From the NCBI GenBank assembly GCA_951406725.2, contig OX597837.1, positions 36,270,001 through 36,334,000 on the forward strand: a DNA stretch of 64,000 nt. The letters are read 5' to 3'. The position numbers and the translations under genes are program-made. Source of the stretch: Octopus vulgaris (Eukaryota). Position 1 is the first letter of the stretch. Each line of letters begins with the position of its first letter. Under the pieces are notes generated by a model, which made no database searches, was not told the DNA's origin, and saw only the letters and a list, made by a program, of their open reading frames with translations. This document shows, in pieces, positions 57,765-64,000 of the stretch.

Positions 57765-57853
57765 GATGATGATGATAATGATGACGACGACGACGATGAT
57801 GATGATGTTGGTGGTGATGATGGTGATGATGATGGCGATGGTGGTGATAATGT

Positions 57854-57909
<56 letters not shown>

Positions 57910-57924
57910 GCGATGGTGGTGATA

Positions 57925-57957
<33 letters not shown>

Positions 57958-58054
57958 GCGGTGGTGGTGATGTTGATGATGATGACGATGATGATGATGG
58001 TGATGGCGGTGGTGGTGATAATGTTGATGATGATGACGATGATGATGATGATGG

Positions 58055-58085
<31 letters not shown>

Positions 58086-58159
58086 GACGATGATGATGGC
58101 GGTGGTGGTGATAATGTTGATGATGATGATGATGATGATGGCGGTGGTGGTGATAATGT

Positions 58160-58197
<38 letters not shown>

Positions 58198-58255
58198 GCG
58201 GTGGTGGTGATAATGTTGATGATGATGACGATGATGATGATGATGATGATGGTGT
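57765..58255. repeat. (GAT)n array punctuated by a recurring ggcggtggtggtgataatgtt spacer
   Basis: Direct inspection. Confidence 0.9.
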
Positions 58256-58519
58256 TGACTTTGTTGATGTTATCACTGATGTTACTACTTTTGAGCATGT
58301 TATTGTTGTTGTTGCTATTATTGTTGTAGTTGTTGTTGTTGTTGTTACGATCGCCCTCCTCGCTACAGACGCAATCTCCATTCAATTTAATCCGTTGCAA
58401 AGTAACGATGCGGTGCAAGACACCCCTCCCCCACCCAACGGGCAGCACTCCCCCACCGGTGAAATTAATGCGGTTTACATTCATGATGAACATCCGTTGC
58501 TTAAATGAGCTTTTGCTTT

Positions 58520-58990
58520 TTTATTCTTTTTCAGTCATTTGGCTGCGGCCATGCTGGAACACCGCCTCGAAGGGTTTTTTTAGTCGAAGAAATGGAACCC
58601 AGGACTTTTTTTGTTTTTTAAAGCCAAGTACTTATTCTATCGGTCTATTTTGCAGAACCGTTTTGTTATAGGGACGTAAATACTCCAACACCAGTTGTCA
58701 AACGGGCGTGGGGTCAAACGCAGTCACAAAGACACGCACACAACATATATATATACACACCAATCTCTCTATCTATCTGTCTGTCTATCTGTCTATGTGT
58801 GTGTCCTTGTGTCTGTGTTTGTAGCCTACCACCGCTTGACAACCGGTGTTGGTGTGTTTACATCCCCGTAACTTGGATTCTCTACCAAGCTTAAAAAAAT
58901 AAGAACCAGGGTTGATTTATTCGGCTAAAAGTTCTTCAAGGCAGTGGCTCAACATGGCCACAGTCTACTGACTCAAACAATCAAAATATA
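58520..58990. mobile_element. Two SINE family A 3' halves in opposite orientation: tail(-) 58520-58740, tail(+) 58800-58990
   Basis: Homology to 6320-6513. Confidence 0.75.
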
Positions 58991-59591
58991 AAATGTAAAA
59001 TATAAATTGTAAAATATAAATTGTAAAATATAAAATGTAAAATATAAAAGACAGACTCTATAGAGACGATGGCTCGGAGAAAGAAAACCTGGGAGAAGCA
59101 TTTGCGTTTTAAGTAGACTCTATAGCGACGATGGAAGGGAAGAGAGTAAAGTGCTCGCCTACTCTGCCTGTCTCAGCAACCGATTCAAGAATCGAAACAA
59201 CCAGTTCGATTTGGAGCCAGGGAGCACAAACACTACTGATATTTATTTTAATTGAGATCAAAATGACAAAAAGTAAATTGAACCTGGAACGAATTTGAAA
59301 ACGGAACGAGAAAAAAATACAAAAAACCAACAACTGGACACAATTCTCACCGATGCTCCATCGATTCTTTCAGTCAGGAACCACAATAACATGGAACGGT
59401 ATTAATGACATAACTAGTGCCACTGCCAATATTCTAAAGACGGTAAACATCACGAACAATGGTTAATAGCTTTTCAGCAATATGGCTGCTGTTTCCGTTT
59501 TTTACCTTTCGTCTTAATCAGTGACTCTAAATTGAATTTGAATTTTTCGTCTTTAACTTCATAATTTTTAATAGCCATGTATGTGATCTAC

Positions 59592-59663
<72 letters not shown>

Positions 59664-59997
59664 ATAAGTGTGCGAATACAAACAGACAGACACACACACG
59701 CATAATTATATGTGTTTGTATACATGTATGTATATAAGCGTATGTATGTGTGTGTGTATATATGTATGTATGTATGACCGGGTGACTGTGTTTTTGAATA
59801 TATTTATAACTCTTTGATGTACAATTTTCGCTTTCTTTTCTTTTCCATATTAACAGAGACGTGCGTAAATATATACACCCCCACACAGACATTGGTTATA
59901 CATACATGCATACACGCATACATATATACATATAAATGTATGTACACACACTCATATACGTACACATAATTACATGCATATAAAACTTTGTGTATTA

Positions 59998-60065
<68 letters not shown>

Positions 60066-60499
60066 GGTGTGTATATATTTCATAAATATTTTGATATACG
60101 TTCATAAATGTAAACATAACAGTATGTACATGTGTATATCTGCAGCATATCTATGTATATGCGTATGTGCGTGTGCCTGAATGTACACACACACACACAC
60201 ATGCACACACACACACACACACAAACACACATACATATATATACACATATATTCATACACACATATACACACAAGCACACACACAAACATACACTCATAT
60301 ACACATATACATATATATATGATATATATATATATATACACATGTACACTCATATACACATATATATACATACACACGCACACACACACACATATACATA
60401 TATATATATATATATACATACACACGTATATACACGAAAATATTAGTCTTAATTAAAATTATAATTGCAGTATGTTAAAGAAATATAAACAAATTGGCA

Positions 60500-62790
<2,291 letters not shown>

Positions 62791-63119
62791 TCACTGCACC
62801 AGTTAGTCTTCTCCTCCTCCTGTCTCCCTCTCCCTCACCTGGACAAACGCACCGACTTACCAAACACTTTTGACCTCCTTCTTAACACCAAACCCGGTCC
62901 CTACCCTAACCCTAACCTAAACCCTCAACCCACCCCGCCCCTACGTCAGCCCCCCCTCTCTGCCTCCCATCAGTTCGTCTGATTTACTGTCTAATGAACC
63001 CAACCCCCCCCTTACCGCCTCCTCTCCAAACCCCTGACCTCCACCGCCTCTCAAACACCTCAACTGCTCCAAGTCTATTAACAACTCGGACCTCTGCCAG
63101 TTCGATCTTGCTGTGAACG

Positions 63120-63205
63120 GGGCGTGGCCGAATGGTTAAAAAGTTTGCTTCACAATCACCAGCTCTCGAATTCGATCCCGCTGCGGATGATATCGCACGA
63201 ATGTT
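63120..63205 (+). mobile_element. SINE tRNA-like head
   Basis: TGGCCGAATGG A box and aattcgatccc B-box-like sequence. Confidence 0.55.
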
Positions 63206-63520
63206 TATCTAATGATCTATATCTCTCTCTTTCCCGCTGTCTCTCCCTTTCTGCCCCCCCCTCTCTCTCTCGCTCTAGTTTATAAATTAGAGACAGGTAT
63301 TCTCTGTATAGAATACACTTCGTGTTGCTCAAGAGATTTGAACTTGAGCAGGTGGAACAGTAAATGTAAGGACAAGCAAGTTAGGCAAATAGATACACAA
63401 AAAATATTAAATACGTTTAATACTAAAAAAATCTACATATGTTAACATATAAAAAGGTTGGACTTAAACGGAATAGAAATAATTTCAGGAATTAAAGTGG
63501 TTGAATAAGTGTTTTACGAG

Positions 63521-63611
63521 TCCAACAGCTGTTTCGAGGGGTTTGGTGGTCCAAAATAATGATTGTAAATTGATCCCATCATCAGATAATACCAGCCTCC
63601 GTCTTCAGGGA
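63521..63611 (-). ncRNA. Type I HHR-like motif with extended stem II
   Basis: The reverse complement reads tcc-CTGAAGA-cg-gagg...cctc-GAAAC-agct-GTT-gga. Confidence 0.5.
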
Positions 63612-63659
63612 AGAATTTTATATTTGACGTGTTGACAGAAAGGAGTTTAAAAATATATG

Positions 63660-63882
63660 TACTGGAGAGTGCTGAAAAGTTCCTGGCTTTAAGGGTATCT
63701 CGAAAAACCTGGTTTGAGGTTCAACCTTCCGAGTTTTTTTTACAGAACTTAGAAAACTGAAGGACCACTGCAGTAAATGTGTGAATCTGAAGGGGAATAC
63801 ATTGAATAAAATCATAATTAACTGATCCTCCCGTATTTTCTTTTATCCTGAGCCAAGAACATTTCAGCACATCCTCATGTAT
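63660..63882 (+). mobile_element. Mariner-derived MITE
   Basis: TIR-like gtgctgaaaagttcctggct / agccaagaacatttcagcac. It retains a mariner C-terminal remnant LRKLKDHCSKCVNLKG..IE*. Confidence 0.75.
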
Positions 63883-63892
63883 ATACATACAT

Positions 63893-63996
<104 letters not shown>

Positions 63997-64000
63997 ATAT

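Noticed and set aside
62899-62930. Telomeric (CCCTAA)n
   Set aside because: Only about two exact units sit in a C-rich tract, so this is not a telomere.

Overview
This is AT-rich, microsatellite-saturated eukaryotic DNA. The SINE types, (TA)n/(TG)n density and decayed transposons suggest an intergenic or intronic region of a coleoid cephalopod such as Octopus (inference). I recognise no intact host gene, and almost all supplied ORFs are microsatellite artefacts. Identifiable content: many tRNA-derived SINEs, decayed Tc1 (DD34E), DD37D/maT, mariner and pogo-like transposons, an 8-bp-TSD MITE, RTE and R4/Dong-like LINE fragments, a 3.1-kb 21-bp minisatellite and a 34-bp tandem array. The most notable theme is Penelope-like element (PLE) material: an RT remnant (GLYRDDGL), two GIY-YIG remnants and about ten type I hammerhead-ribozyme (HHR)-like motifs in short non-coding units inserted at (TA)n. 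These include a near-perfect fold-back element at about 3.6-4.0 kb carrying one well-formed HHR on each strand, and recurrent non-canonical HHR cores. All structures and translations were read by eye and not computed.
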